A stretch of 64,000 bases of DNA, taken from NCBI GenBank assembly GCA_013239625.1, contig MU053559.1:2462324-2526323 (forward strand). Reading direction: 5' to 3'. The translations under genes and the position numbers were made by a program. Below the pieces are notes generated by a model. That model was not told the origin of the DNA. It worked only from the letters and a program-made list of their open reading frames with translations, and made no database searches. This DNA is from Lama guanicoe (taxonomy: Eukaryota). Positions 13,800-25,853 of the stretch are shown in pieces. The stretch's first letter is position 1. Every line of letters starts with the position of its first letter.

Positions 13800-14138
13800 T
13801 AGAGCACAGGGCTCTTTCCCAAATGCCCTTTGCTTCTGCTTCTGCCTGGAATGCTTCCCTCTTTTCACCACCCCCTTTGGCACCCCTCTCCCCACCTCCT
13901 ACTTCCTTCACCTCACTAACTCCATCTTTTAGGTCAATGCTCTAGATGTGTCAGATATCCTCCGTGGTCCCATACCAAACTTCATTCATCCCACCTGTAG
14001 GAATGAGAGGTGTCTGTTTACCTGCCTAGCCCCACAATGGGTATAAACCCCAAGAAGGCAGAGATGACATCTTGTTCACGACTATATGTTCAGTGCTTGG
14101 CAGAGTATTGGCAACAGTGATGCTAATTAAATGAGTGA
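13800..14138 (+). mobile_element. L2 3' region
   Basis: TTCTGCCTGGAATGCTTCCC...GAAGGCAGAGATGACATCTTGTTCAC...CAGTGCTTGGCAGAGTA. Confidence 0.7.
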
Positions 14139-15361
14139 CCAGTCCAAGCTGTACGACTCACAGTGTGGTGTCACTGAGAAAACCACCTGTACAAGTATCT
14201 TATGACTAAATGCAATCATCTTCTATTCTCTGAGTCATACACAACACCACTTCTTTTTTTGAGATTGTTTTTATATCAGATCATTTTAAGGGATTGAAGT
14301 TTATAGGATTGTCTTCAGAAGAGATGAGTGTTTTGCTATCACCACTTGGGTTGAATTTCTTCAGCTGAATTTATATACTAAAATTTTAGAAGAAAATTCA
14401 CCTTTCCCGTCCTTCATTTGCTTCAAAAAGAGATGTAGGATAAGTTCAAGTGGTGGTGACCCCAGAATTATGATGCTGAAATGCCTTTGGCTGATCGGAG
14501 CAGGATTTTGTAAGCAGAGCTGTGCATAGGTTGGGATTCTCTGGGCAGGTCAGCGTGTTTAAAGGCTTTTGAATTAGAAACTCTTTCCATTTAAAAATAA
14601 ATAGAATAAATATCTGTTCCCACTGACTATTCAGACATAAAACCTTTCATTTTCTGAGAACCCTAACGAGGCAACTTGGGACTCACCTCAATCATGTCAT
14701 TGGCTCCTCAGAAAAAAATTAGGCAATTGGACACCTTGTGGAGGGAAAGGGATTCAGATGTCTTTGCAGCCCATTCCCTTCAGGTCTGGGAGTAGGGAGG
14801 GTCCTGCTTTGTGTTCTGAGGTCAGAATCCAAAGCCCCAGCAAGAGCTGGATCCTGTGGCACCCCCGCCCCCCACCCCGGGCTTTCTGTCATCTGACACA
14901 CACACTGCCTTGGCTTTGAGGCTACTCATGGAAAGCGACAGTTAGATTTTTTTTCAAACTGTGCCTTGTATAAATGTGCTTGGTGTCTGCAGGCTATTTT
15001 GAAAGTATATTTAGGCTTCTGGTGCTCTTGTGAAAGCACAGTTTTTAAAAATCTTGAGCTTATTTGGTGAGTATAACTTCTGAAATGATTCACTGCTTCT
15101 TTTCTCTTTTTAAGGAACAGTGGAATTTTTCACCAGTTCTAAAGTGTACACGGTCGATAAGGGAAAGTCAGTTTTGATCATGTAGTTCCCTGGAGGAAGG
15201 AAGCATATTTGTTTGACTTGACCGAGATGAACATAAACATTTTGTAACTTCTATAGGTTATTACTTCATTTCTCTAACATTTTATTTAATTGTTCTTTTT
15301 TTCAATGCATTTTCCTACTTAAAACATTAATTCTGAGTTACAAACTTCTATAACATTAGAA

Positions 15362-15595
15362 CCAAGTGGTTAAGAGCACACATAAGCCTCTGGAGTCAGA
15401 CTACTGACATTCAAATATGGACTCCACCTGTCTCACTAGTTATGAGTCCTTGGACCTCTTGAAGCCTTGATTTCCTCATGTATAAAAAGGTGATGATAGT
15501 TTCTACCTCACAGGGTTTCTGTGTGGTACTATTAAATGAGTTAACATGTTTGTAAAGTACTTAGAGCAGTACCTCACATATATTGAGCACTGTTA
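15362..15595 (+). mobile_element. MIR SINE
   Basis: GTGGTTAAGAGCAC...TGGAGTCAGAC...TTTCCTCATGTATAAAA...ATTAAATGAGTTAA...GTAAAGTACTTAGAGCAGT. Confidence 0.85.
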
Positions 15596-15667
15596 GTTGT
15601 CCAAGTCATTAGCTCTTCCTGTGTCACTGGAACATTTGATCAAGATTCTATAATTTAAAATAAATAA

Positions 15668-16217
15668 TCACATCACACCAGTCAGAATGGCCATCATTCA
15701 AAAGTCCACAAATGACAAATGCTGGAGAGGCTGTGGAGAAAAGGGAACCCTCCTACACTGCTGGTGGGAATGCAGTTTGGTGCAGCCACTATGGAAAACA
15801 GTATGGAGATTCCTCAATAAACAAGAACAGACTTACAATATGACCCAGGAATCCCACTCCTGGGCTTATATCCAGAAGGAACCCTACTTCAGGATGACAC
15901 CTGCACCCCAATGTTCACAGCAGCACTATTTACAATAGCCAAGACATGGAGACAGCCTAAATGTCCGTCAACAGGTGACTGGATAAAGAAGAAGTGGTAT
16001 ATCTATACAATAGAATATTATTCAGCCATAAAAAATGACAACATAACGCCATTTGCAGCAACATGGATGCTCCTGGAGAATGTCATTCTAAGTGAAGTAA
16101 ACCAGAAAGAGAAAGAAAAATACCACATGAGATTGTTCATATGTGGAATCTAAAAGAAAGAAAGAAAGAAGGAAAGAAGGAAAGAAGGAAAGAAAGAAAG
16201 AAGGAAAGAAAGAAGGA

Positions 16218-16268
<51 letters not shown>

Positions 16269-16651
16269 GAAAAGAAAAGAAAAGAAAAGAAAAGAAAAGA
16301 AAAGAAAAGAAAAGAAAAAGACAAATGAACATAAATACAAAACAGGAAACAGACTCATAGACATAGAATACAAACTTGTAGTTGCCAGAGAGGGAGCGGA
16401 GTGGGAAGGGACAGACTGGGAGTTCGAAATTTGTAGATACTGACAGATATATATAGAATAGATAAATAATATTATACTGTATAGCACAGGGAAATACATA
16501 CAAGATCTTGTGGTAGCTCACAGTGAAAAAGAATGTGACAAAGAATACATACGTGTTCATGTATAACTGAAAAATTATGTTCTACACTGGAAATTGACAT
16601 AACATTGTAAACTGACTATAACTTAATAAAATAAAAATTTTTAATTAAAAT
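15668..16651 (+). mobile_element. 5'-truncated L1 (ORF2 CCHC end plus 3' UTR)
   Basis: [18 protein letters not shown]; highly similar to 25110-25800; TSD AAAATAAATAA at 15657-15667 and 16652-16662 at a TT/AAAA site. Confidence 0.93.
16152..16321 (+). repeat. (GAAA)n/(GGAA)/(GAAAA)n polypurine microsatellite
   Basis: ~170 bp of purines only, immediately after the L1 ORF2 stop. Confidence 0.97.
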
Positions 16652-16662
16652 AAAATAAATAA

Positions 16663-17245
16663 AAGATGGTAGAGTAGGAAGACCCTGAGCTCACCTCTTA
16701 ACAACCATTTACAGAGCAACTCTTTGTGAGAACCTGAAGGTTGGCAGACAAGATTTTCCAGGACTAAAGATCTAAAGAAGGGACCACAACAAGATGGGTC
16801 GGAAGGGCAAAGATGTGGTGCAGCCAAGACCCAAACCCATGGGTAGATAAACCAAAAATGGGAGGACAATCATAATTGTAGAGGTTCCCCCCTAAAGAGT
16901 GAGGAGTCTGAACCCCACATCAGGCTTCCCAGTCTGGGGATCCTGCACCAAGAATATGAACCCCTACAACATCTGTCTTTGAAGGTCAGGTAGGGCTTGC
17001 GTACAGTAGAGCTGGAGGGATGTAGGAAACAGAGACTCTGCTCTTAAAGGGGGCGAGGAAAATCTCACACACTCTGAGCCCCTGTACAGAGGCAGTAATC
17101 TAAAAGGAGCCTGGGTCAGATCCAGTTTCTGATCTTGGAGAGCCTCTCAGAGAGGCAAGAGGCAACTGGGACTCCCCCTGGGGACACAGATGCTGGTGGC
17201 AGCCCCTTGGGGAGCTCATGCCACCACAAGGGCACTGGTGGTGAT
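16663..17245 (+). mobile_element. Orphan L1 5' UTR segment
   Basis: Starts AAGATGGTAGAGTAGGAAGACCCTGAGCTCACC, typical of an L1 5' terminus; no ORF1/ORF2 follows. Confidence 0.75.
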
Positions 17246-17414
17246 GTGTGTCCTTCCTCTGTCCTAATCACACTTCACCGCCTTGATCTGGACCCTATCC
17301 TCTGCTTACAAGAGGCAATGGGAATTTTCAGTGTTGTTTCAAATTATATTTTAACTTAAAAAAACTGAGTTTTAGAAGGCCAGCTTGTATATCAAATTCA
17401 ATAGCCCTCAACCC

Positions 17415-17487
17415 TATCTATCTATCTATCTATCTATCTGTCTATCATCAATCTATCATCACCTATTTGCCATCTAGCTATCTATAT
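17415..17487. repeat. (TATC)n microsatellite, degenerate distally
   Basis: Direct reading. Confidence 0.9.
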
Positions 17488-17713
17488 CAGGGTTTCTCAA
17501 CCTTGGCATTGTCATATTGTGTTCCAGATAATTCCTTGTTGTGGCAGATTGTCCTGTATTTTGTAGAATGTTTAGCAGCAGCATCCTTGGTCTCTACCTA
17601 CTAGATGCCAGTAGCATTGTGCCCCCCTTCTCAGTTGTGATACCAAAAATGTCTCCAGACCTTGCCAAATGTCCTCTGATGGGGAGCAGAATCGCTCTCA
17701 CTTAAGAAATGCT
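17488..17713. mobile_element. MER20 hAT-Charlie element
   Basis: CAGGGTTTCTCAACCTTGGCA...CTACTAGATGCCAGTAGCA...CCAAAAATGTCTCCAGACCTTGCCAAATGTCC. Confidence 0.88.
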
Positions 17714-20699
17714 AATCTCTATCTATATAAATGGCACTAGTTGGAACCACCCCAGACTTAGTAACTTTAAACACCCATTGCTCCACATGTTATCAGTTAG
17801 TGTCACTCATGTGGTTACTTTCCAGTGAGAACAAGGCTGAAGCACCTCTGTTCTCCACATGGCCTCTCTATGTGTTGTCTTATCCTCTCGGGCTCTTAGA
17901 CCTTCACACTCTTGACCCTCCTTGGTCCTGATCACAACTCATCCGTTCCTCAAACAGCAGCACAGAAGGATACAGATCCATCTCCACTCCCCAGTCCAAG
18001 CCTTCTAGTGGTTTCAGACTCAACACAGGAACACACTATTAGAGAAGTCATCTGGCTTGTTCCCAAAAAGAAACGTCACTGAGGGCTGCAGCTCTTTTCG
18101 GGGGTGGAAGGGAAACACTTCAGTGAAGTAGGAGGGGATGTTAATGCACCAGTGTGGGAGGCAGGCACGATATATGATTGAAATACTCTGAAAGACACAG
18201 GATAAGAGTCAGGAAAAGGTGGTGGTAGCTAGAAAGCCACGGAGACGAGTTTTTGATAGACACTGAAGGCTAGAGCACCTTGACTTTGGCACGTCAAGGG
18301 CTGAGGAGCATGCAGGTTATCCTCCTGACTACTTTCAGGCCTCACCAGTGAACAAGTGTCTGCTTATGGATAAGGCTGGAGAGTCTCTGACCAAGAATTG
18401 CAGAGAAGGAGATGGAAGGCCTTCTAGCTCTCATGCAAAATTTCCTACTACCTCCCAGAACTCTGCCTAGACTTGCTCATCAGTAGAAGCTGGCTTTGCC
18501 AAGTTAGATGAGAGCACATGAGCTCTTTCTCCTGGGCTTGCTTTCTGCTAGCTTAATTAAAAGGAGCCCCTCAAATACCTCCTCCGCCAGGATCTAACCC
18601 TGCATGTGAGAATCTGTTTGCTTCTTCCACTGAAGAAGAAAACTCTTTAGTCTCTGATAGGGCACACTCTAGTAAAAATAATAGTTTCGCTCAAATTTAA
18701 GTAAATTTAACATTTCAGAAACAAAACCTATCTTTTTTTCCAAAGCTTTACGTCCTCACTGACCCACCACGGCCACCCCACCTTCAGGAAAAAGATTATT
18801 CCTCTTAACGTGTCCTTAGACTCACTAAAGGAGTTTCCTAGATTCATGTTAGAATTTTACATAAATTTCTACTAGTCAATTGGGCAAATAAAAATTATTG
18901 GAATCATCAACATACTTTTCTCTCTTTTATTTATGCTATTCCTTCAGACCTGGGAGGTCCTGGTTGCCTGCCTGTGTCAGATCCTGGGGGGACCCATAAG
19001 AGTTAAGGTTGCTACACCACCATCATTATATCACACAAATGACCCTTTCAGAATAGCTTTCTAGGATCAAGAATGTTCCTACCTCTGACACTGGATATGC
19101 TGTTTACACACAATTTTCCAGAGACAATCCCCAGCTCAGTTCCAATCATTCCATTTTACAGCCAGCATATGGTGGCTTGGAGTTCAGAGATCACCTCTCT
19201 ACTGAGTCTGCTCTTGAATCAGGGACCTTCTCCATCACTGGCCAGATCATCATACAAGCTGTAGAGACTGTTCAATCACAGGACTGAGTTCTGCTCCCAC
19301 ACTAGGCTTTATCCAGTGGGGCTCTTACCACATGAAGGGTTTCACTGTCAAGGGAACATTTAGTTCCTTTAAGTTCTCAAAGAAAAAGGTACTGAGGTAC
19401 AAGCTCACATTTTCAAAGATATGATTACATTGATAAGGTTTCATACGCCCATGTTTATTGGAGCAATTTAATTGATATGCACTAGAACATTTCTTTCCAG
19501 CAAGATTTAAATAATTAGCTAGTATTCTAGAAACAGTTCTTTGGCTAGTCTTTCAGAAAAGAACTCATTGTTAATTCTCTCTCTGACATCTAACCACTGA
19601 GCTATTTGTTCAAGGTTGTCAACTGAATGGATGTAGAAAATGTTCCATTTGGAGAGGTCGAGGTTAAAACAGAATTCAGTCTCAGATTTACTCAGCTTTA
19701 GTGTAGAATTATCTGCTTCCATTTTTCTTAACTCCTACCAGAAGAAGGAAAAAAAAAGATATTCTGCTTCATTTTAGCTATATTCAGAGGATTGGTGAGT
19801 TAAGAATTTATACAATGTAGCTGACACTAAGCAGAGAATCAGCCAAAACAATGCCAAGCACATAGTAGGTGCTTTATAATAAGTATAGGAAATTGAAACA
19901 ACTTACTCAGTGACACCAAATTTGGTGGCAGACATGACATCAGGACACCCAGCCCCAGAGTGTGCCGTCTGCTGCTTAGGCACTCTGTTCTCACACATCG
20001 GTTTATTTTTACATGCACACATTAAAAAAAAATGTTTTCATCTATAATTTTAATATCCAGCCAACTGTGCATAATGTTTAATGACATCTCATTAACAAAG
20101 AAACACTTTTAGAAGAACCACGGGGAAGTAACAACTGCTGCTTTTCTCCCCAGCACCTAATAGAAGGTTTCTTGGCAAGGGACAAATTGGATGACAGCTC
20201 TTGCTCACTTCCAGTGCCCACAAACTTGAGTTTCAGGAGGTTAGTATCTTTTGCTATAGCCTGATCCTTGAAACAATGGCTAGAATGGCTTTACGTGTGG
20301 TGGAAACAAGGCATTAGCATGGGTAACGTGAACTCACAGACCCTGCTCAGTCTAAAACCATCTCTACCTCTGATTGGCTACTCATGGCCTGAAGATACCC
20401 TATCAGAAACCTTCCCTTTGTGTTAAGCATTGCCCCCTCCTCTAGAACTGGTGTAAATTTGCCTTGAGATGGAAGAACTGAGGGTCATACCCAACCGTAG
20501 GTGCCAACTCTAATCAATAATCTCTCATCTCTACTAGCAACATGAAGCAGGAACAGCTTGAGAGCAATGGAAGTCTCTTGGAATAGGGAGAGACCCCTGA
20601 AGAAAGGGTTGGTGGAGTGTGAAATGTAGAGGCTTCGGTGCTATTTATAACCTGTTATCAATGACATTTTGGATGCTTAAGATTGAAAACTCAAGCCTT

Positions 20700-21395
20700 G
20701 CAGTGCATAATCTTGGCTTAGTTCCCAGCTCAGCCACTCACCAGCTGTGTGAACATATGCAAGTCATTTTACATTTTCAACCCTGTTTCCTCATCTATAA
20801 AATGGAGATACATAATAATACTAAGTGAACTTGTCTCCTGAGGCTGCCGTAACAAATAACCACAAACTTGGTGGCTTAACACAACAGAAATGTATTGTCT
20901 CACAGTTCTGGAAGGCAGAAGTCCAAAATCAAGATGTCAATAGGGTTGGTTCCTTCTGGAGGCTCTAGGGTGAATCTGTTCCATGCCTTTCTCCTATAGC
21001 TTTGGGTGGCAGCCAACAATCTTTGATATTCCTTGGCTTGGGACTACATAACTCCAATCACTGTCTCCATCTGCATGTGACCTTCTTCTCTGTGTCTCAA
21101 AATCTCCCTATCCTTTCCCTTATAAGGAGAAGAGTTGTTGGATTTAGGGTCCACCCTAATCCAGGGTGTTTTCATCTTGGGATCCTTAATTGAATTACAT
21201 CTGCCAAGATCTTTTTTCCAAAAAAGGTCCTATTCACCAGTCTAGGGGATTAGAACTTGGGCTGTCAATTTGGCAGGACATTATTTAACCCATTACGCTA
21301 TCATATATGTATAGTTATTGTTAAGAGTTAGTGAGTTAATATACTAAAATCTTAGCATATTGCCCAAGGACAGTAAGAACTCAATAAATGATCAC
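20700..21395 (+). mobile_element. MIR split by an MLT1 LTR
   Basis: MIR 5' part ~20700-20825 (GTTTCCTCATCTATAAAATGGAG) and 3' part ~21300-21395 flank the LTR. Confidence 0.7.
20832..21298 (-). mobile_element. MLT1 (MaLR) solo LTR
   Basis: GGCTGCCGTAACAAATAACCACAAACTTGGTGGCTTAA...CTCACAGTTCTGGAAGGCAGAAGTCCAAAATCAAG. Confidence 0.88.
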
Positions 21396-21699
21396 TATGA
21401 TTTCAAACATGTTAGTCCTCTTTACTTATAAGCCTACGTAAAGACAAAGAAAGTCCTGCTCTACAGCAAAAGCATGATTACTGTGTTTTTAGTGCTTCCA
21501 TGCCAACATTTTGGTGTCTATTCTCACAGTATTTTTTAGATGGATACATATTTGCTGAACTCATGCTTTGTTCTAAGACGGTTTACAAATATTAACTCTC
21601 TGATATCTGATAAGTGCAAAAGCAATGATAAAGTCAAAAGAGATAGTAAAGAGACTGGTAAGATTACTAGGAATACTAAAATAGAGATTATATATAAAA

Positions 21700-22862
21700 A
21701 AGAAAGATGAGATGTCCAGACAAGATGGGTAGACTTATCTCTCTCTGCTTCCTGCTAAAAACAACTATGAACCCTAGAAATAACTCAAGAAACAATCAAA
21801 GAAAAACTCTGAAAGGTGGAAGATGGATCACAAAACTGGAGGAACACAATAGGGGAAGGGCATCTTTTGAAGCACCACCCAGCAGAAGAAGGCCAAGAAG
21901 GCCACCCAGACCTGGCACTCTCTATCCTTACCTTGTTTGAGGCTCACTAGAGACATCACACAGCTATGGGACACAGGCAAAGGGGGTCACAGCACAAGCG
22001 CCAGCTTGGGAAGCATTCTTATTCCTTGTTGGATCTGCGGCTCCCCTCCTCCACTCAGAGCCACTGTGTGTTTGTGTGTGCATGTGTCTGTGTGCACGTT
22101 GTGGTGAGGATTAGCAAGTGGATCATGTCACAGTAAGTGTGTAACCTGGGATGTGTGCTCCATCTTCCACAGGCTGGGGGGAGACTGTCACAAGATCCAC
22201 CCAGCCCAGGAAGTCTATTTGTCCCTACAGGCCTAAGACTCTCTCTGCCCCAACTCCCAGACACTCAGAGGAACCCTCACAACAAACACCCAGCCAGGGA
22301 GGCACTTTTCATCCCCCACAGACAGGAGGGACATGGTGAAATGAGCACCAGGAAACACCATTCAACTCTGAAGCAGGGAGACCCCCTTCCCCCACCTACA
22401 AGATCCAGAGAGCCAAGCCTGAGCAAACTTCTCCAGCCCCTTCAAACAATACTAGCAAGGACAAATGGGGGCCCCAATGGCATGAGATAAACTTCGTGGA
22501 CAAAAAGAGTCCCACAAAGGCTCTGAGAATTATATTGTCATTGGAACCACAGTCCCAAAAGTAGATCAGAACCTGCATGCTAAATCTAAATAAAGTGCTT
22601 ACCAAAATTAAAAAGTTAATGGGGCCCACAATCTCCTAGTATAATAGCCAAAATGTTAAATATACAACTGAAAATCATTCCACATCAGGAACCAGGAAAA
22701 TCACAAATTGAAAGGAAAAAAAAAAAGACATTTAACTGATGAACACTGAGATGAAGCAGATGTTATAATTATCTGAGGAAAACTCAACAAACAATTCCAA
22801 ATTATATTGAAACAAGTGAAAAATAATTTTTAAAAATCTCAGCAAAGAATCAGAAGTTATGA
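21700..22862 (+). mobile_element. Old L1 (L1MC-like) 5' UTR and start of ORF1
   Basis: AAGATGG...AAAACAACTATGAACCCTAGAAATAA 5' motif; the ORF1-like coiled coil NLSKESEVM continues after the young insertion. Confidence 0.7.
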
Positions 22863-25597
22863 TAGAAAAAATCAACCAAACCAAAAGCTGGTTTTCTGAA
22901 AAAGTAAATAAAATCGACAAACCTCTGGCCAAACTCACAAAGAAGAAAAAAGAGAGAGCACAAATTAGCAAAATAAGAAAGGAAAATGGAGAAATTACAA
23001 CAAACAAAATAGAAGTACAGAATATCATACGAGAATATTATGAAAAACTCTATGGAACCAAACTGGATAACCTAGAGGAGATGGACAAGTTTCTGGAAAC
23101 ATACTGTCCACCAAAACTGAATCAAGAAGAAACTGAACACTTGAACAATCCGATCACTAGAAAGGAAATAGAAATAGCAATTAAAAACCTCCCTACAAAT
23201 AAAAGTCCAGGACCGGATGGCTTCACCGGGGAATTCTACCAAACATACAAAGAAGAACTCATACCAGTCCTTCTCAAACTCTTCCAGACGATTGAAAAGG
23301 AGGGAATACTCCCAAACTCATTCTATGAAGCCACCATCACCCTGATACCAAAACCAGGCAAAGACACTACAAAAAAGGAGAATTATAGGCCAATATCACT
23401 GATGAACATAGACACCAAAATCCTCACCAAAATTTTAGCAAATAGAATCCAACAACACATAAAAAAGATTATACATCATGACCAAGTGGGGTTCATCCCA
23501 GGGACACAAGGCTGGTTCAACATACGCAAATCAATCAATGTAATACATCACATCAACAAGAGAAAGGACAAAAACCACATGATCATCTCAATCGATGCAG
23601 AAAAAGCATTTGATAAAATTCAACACCCATTTATGATAAAAACTCTCGCCAAAGTGGGTATAGAGGGAACATATCTCAACATAATAAAAGCTATATATGA
23701 CAAACCTACAGCCAGCATAGTTCTCAACGGTGAAAAACTCAAAAGCTTCCCACTAAAATCTGGGACAAGACAAGGATGCCCACTATCACCACTCCTATTC
23801 AACATAGTCCTGGAAGTCCTAGCCACAGCAATCAGGCAAGAGAAAGAAATAAAAGGGATCCAAATTGGAAAAGAAGAGGTAAAAGTGTCATTATATGCTG
23901 ACGACATGTTACTATATATAGAAAACCCTAAAAGGTCCACAAAAAAGCTACTAGAGCTGATCGAAGAATTCAGCAAGGTAGCAGGTTACAAAATTAATGT
24001 TCAAAAATCAGTTGCCTTTCTTTACACTAACGATAAATCAACAGAAAAAGAAAGTAAAGAAACAATCCCCTTTAAAATAGCACCCAAAGTAATAAAATAT
24101 CTGGGAATAAATCTAACCAAGGAGGCGAAAGAATTATACACAGAAAACTATAAACCATTGATGAAGGAAATTAAAGAAGACTTTAAAAAATGGAAAGATA
24201 TTCCATGCTCTTGGATTGGAAGAATCAATATTGTTAAAATGGTCACACTGCCCAAGGCAATCTACAGATTTAATGCAATCCCTATCCAATTACCCAGGAC
24301 ATATTTCACAGAACTAGAACAAATCATAATAAAATTTATATGGAACCATCAAAGACCTAGAATTGCTAAAGCATTACTGAAGAGAAAGAAAGAGGCTGGA
24401 GGAATAACTCTCCCAGACTTCAGACAATACTATAGAGCTACAGTCATCAAGACAGCATGGTATTGGTACCAAAACAGACATATAGACCAATGGAACAGAA
24501 TAGAGAGCCCAGAAATGAACCCACAAACTTTTGGTCAACTCATCTTCGACAAAGGAGGCAAGAATATACAATGGAATAAAGACAGTCTCTTCAGCAAATG
24601 GTGTTGGGAAAACTGGACAGCAGCATGTAAAACAATGAAGCTAGAACACACCCTTACACCATATACAAAAATCAACTCAAAATGGATTAAAGACTTAAAC
24701 ATAAGACAAGATACAATAAACCTCCTAGAGGAAAACATAGGCAAAACATTATCTGACATACATTTCAAAAATTTTCTCCTAGAAGAAATAAAAGCAAGAA
24801 TAAACAAATGGGACCTAATGAAACTTACAAGCTTCTGCAGAGCAAAGGAAACCAGAAATAAAACAAGAAGAAAACCTACGGAATGGGAGAAAATTTTTGC
24901 AAGTGAAACCGACAAAGGCTTGATCTCCAAAATATATAAGCAGCTCATACGACTCAATAAGAAAAAAATAAACAACCCAATCCAAAAATGGGCAGAAGAC
25001 CTAAACAAGCAATTCTCCAAGGAAGACATACAAATGATCAAAAAGCACATGAAAAAATGTTCAATATCACTAATTATCAGAGAAATGCAAATCAAAACTA
25101 CAATGAGGTATCACCTCACACCAGTCAGAATGGCCGTCATTCAAAAATCCAAAAATGACAAATGCTGGAGAGGCTGTGGAGAAAGGGGAACCCTCCTACA
25201 CTGCTGGTGGGAATGCAGTTTGGTGCAGCCACTATGGAAAACAGTGTGGAGATTCCTCAAAAGACTAGGAATAGACTTACCATATGACCCAGGAATCCCA
25301 CTCCTGGGCTTGTACCCAGAAGGAAATCTACTTCAGGATGACACCTGCACCCCAATGTTCATAGCAGCACTATTTACAATAGCCAAAACATGGAAACAGC
25401 CTAAATGTCCATCAACAGGTGACTGGATAAAGAAGAGGTGGTATATTTATACAATGGAATACTACTCAGCCATAAAAACCGACAACATAATGCCATTTGC
25501 AGCAACATGGATGCTCCTAGAGAATGTCATTCTAAGTGAAGTAAGCCAGAAAGAGAAAGAAAAATACCATATGAGATCGCTCATATGTGGAATCTAA
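22859..25597 (+). CDS. N-terminally truncated L1 ORF2p (Z region, reverse transcriptase, C-terminal CCHC; no endonuclease), 912 aa
   Basis: [38 protein letters not shown] (23894-23905), [25 protein letters not shown]; expression unknown. Confidence 0.9.
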   Translation: MIEKINQTKSWFSEKVNKIDKPLAKLTKKKKERAQISKIRKENGEITTNKIEVQNIIREYYEKLYGTKLDNLEEMDKFLETYCPPKLNQEETEHLNNPITRKEIEIAIKNLPTNKSPGPDGFTGEFYQTYKEELIPVLLKLFQTIEKEGILPNSFYEATITLIPKPGKDTTKKENYRPISLMNIDTKILTKILANRIQQHIKKIIHHDQVGFIPGTQGWFNIRKSINVIHHINKRKDKNHMIISIDAEKAFDKIQHPFMIKTLAKVGIEGTYLNIIKAIYDKPTASIVLNGEKLKSFPLKSGTRQGCPLSPLLFNIVLEVLATAIRQEKEIKGIQIGKEEVKVSLYADDMLLYIENPKRSTKKLLELIEEFSKVAGYKINVQKSVAFLYTNDKSTEKESKETIPFKIAPKVIKYLGINLTKEAKELYTENYKPLMKEIKEDFKKWKDIPCSWIGRINIVKMVTLPKAIYRFNAIPIQLPRTYFTELEQIIIKFIWNHQRPRIAKALLKRKKEAGGITLPDFRQYYRATVIKTAWYWYQNRHIDQWNRIESPEMNPQTFGQLIFDKGGKNIQWNKDSLFSKWCWENWTAACKTMKLEHTLTPYTKINSKWIKDLNIRQDTINLLEENIGKTLSDIHFKNFLLEEIKARINKWDLMKLTSFCRAKETRNKTRRKPTEWEKIFASETDKGLISKIYKQLIRLNKKKINNPIQKWAEDLNKQFSKEDIQMIKKHMKKCSISLIIREMQIKTTMRYHLTPVRMAVIQKSKNDKCWRGCGERGTLLHCWWECSLVQPLWKTVWRFLKRLGIDLPYDPGIPLLGLYPEGNLLQDDTCTPMFIAALFTIAKTWKQPKCPSTGDWIKKRWYIYTMEYYSAIKTDNIMPFAATWMLLENVILSEVSQKEKEKYHMRSLICGI

Positions 25598-25834
25598 AAA
25601 ACAAAAACAAACAAACAAACAAAAACAAAGCATAAATACAGGACAGAAATAGACTCATGGACAGAGAATACAGACTTGTGGTTACCAGGGGGGTAGAGGG
25701 TGGGAAGGGATAGACTGGGATTTCAAAATTGTAGAATAGATAAACAAGATTACACTGTATAGCACAGGGAAATATACATAAAATGTTATGATAAATCACA
25801 GAGAAAAATAAAATAAAATAAAACATTGAAAAAA
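22863..25834 (+). mobile_element. Young 5'-truncated LINE-1
   Basis: Uninterrupted ORF2 frame, 3' UTR and A tail; perfect 19-bp TSD AAAGAATCAGAAGTTATGA at 22844-22862 and 25835-25853. Confidence 0.98.
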
Positions 25835-25853
25835 AAAGAATCAGAAGTTATGA

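Noticed and set aside
12960..13945. Cluster of GC-rich ORFs of 60-140 aa as a possible host gene
   Set aside because: They overlap a MER45-like element and L2, show no recognisable domain, and occur on both strands
16088..16560. K/E/R-rich and F/S/L-rich ORFs
   Set aside because: Translations of the (GAAA)n microsatellite
23620..25095. Antisense ORFs of 118 and 186 aa
   Set aside because: Usual shadow ORFs on the reverse strand of L1 ORF2; the same peptide recurs at 7418-7777
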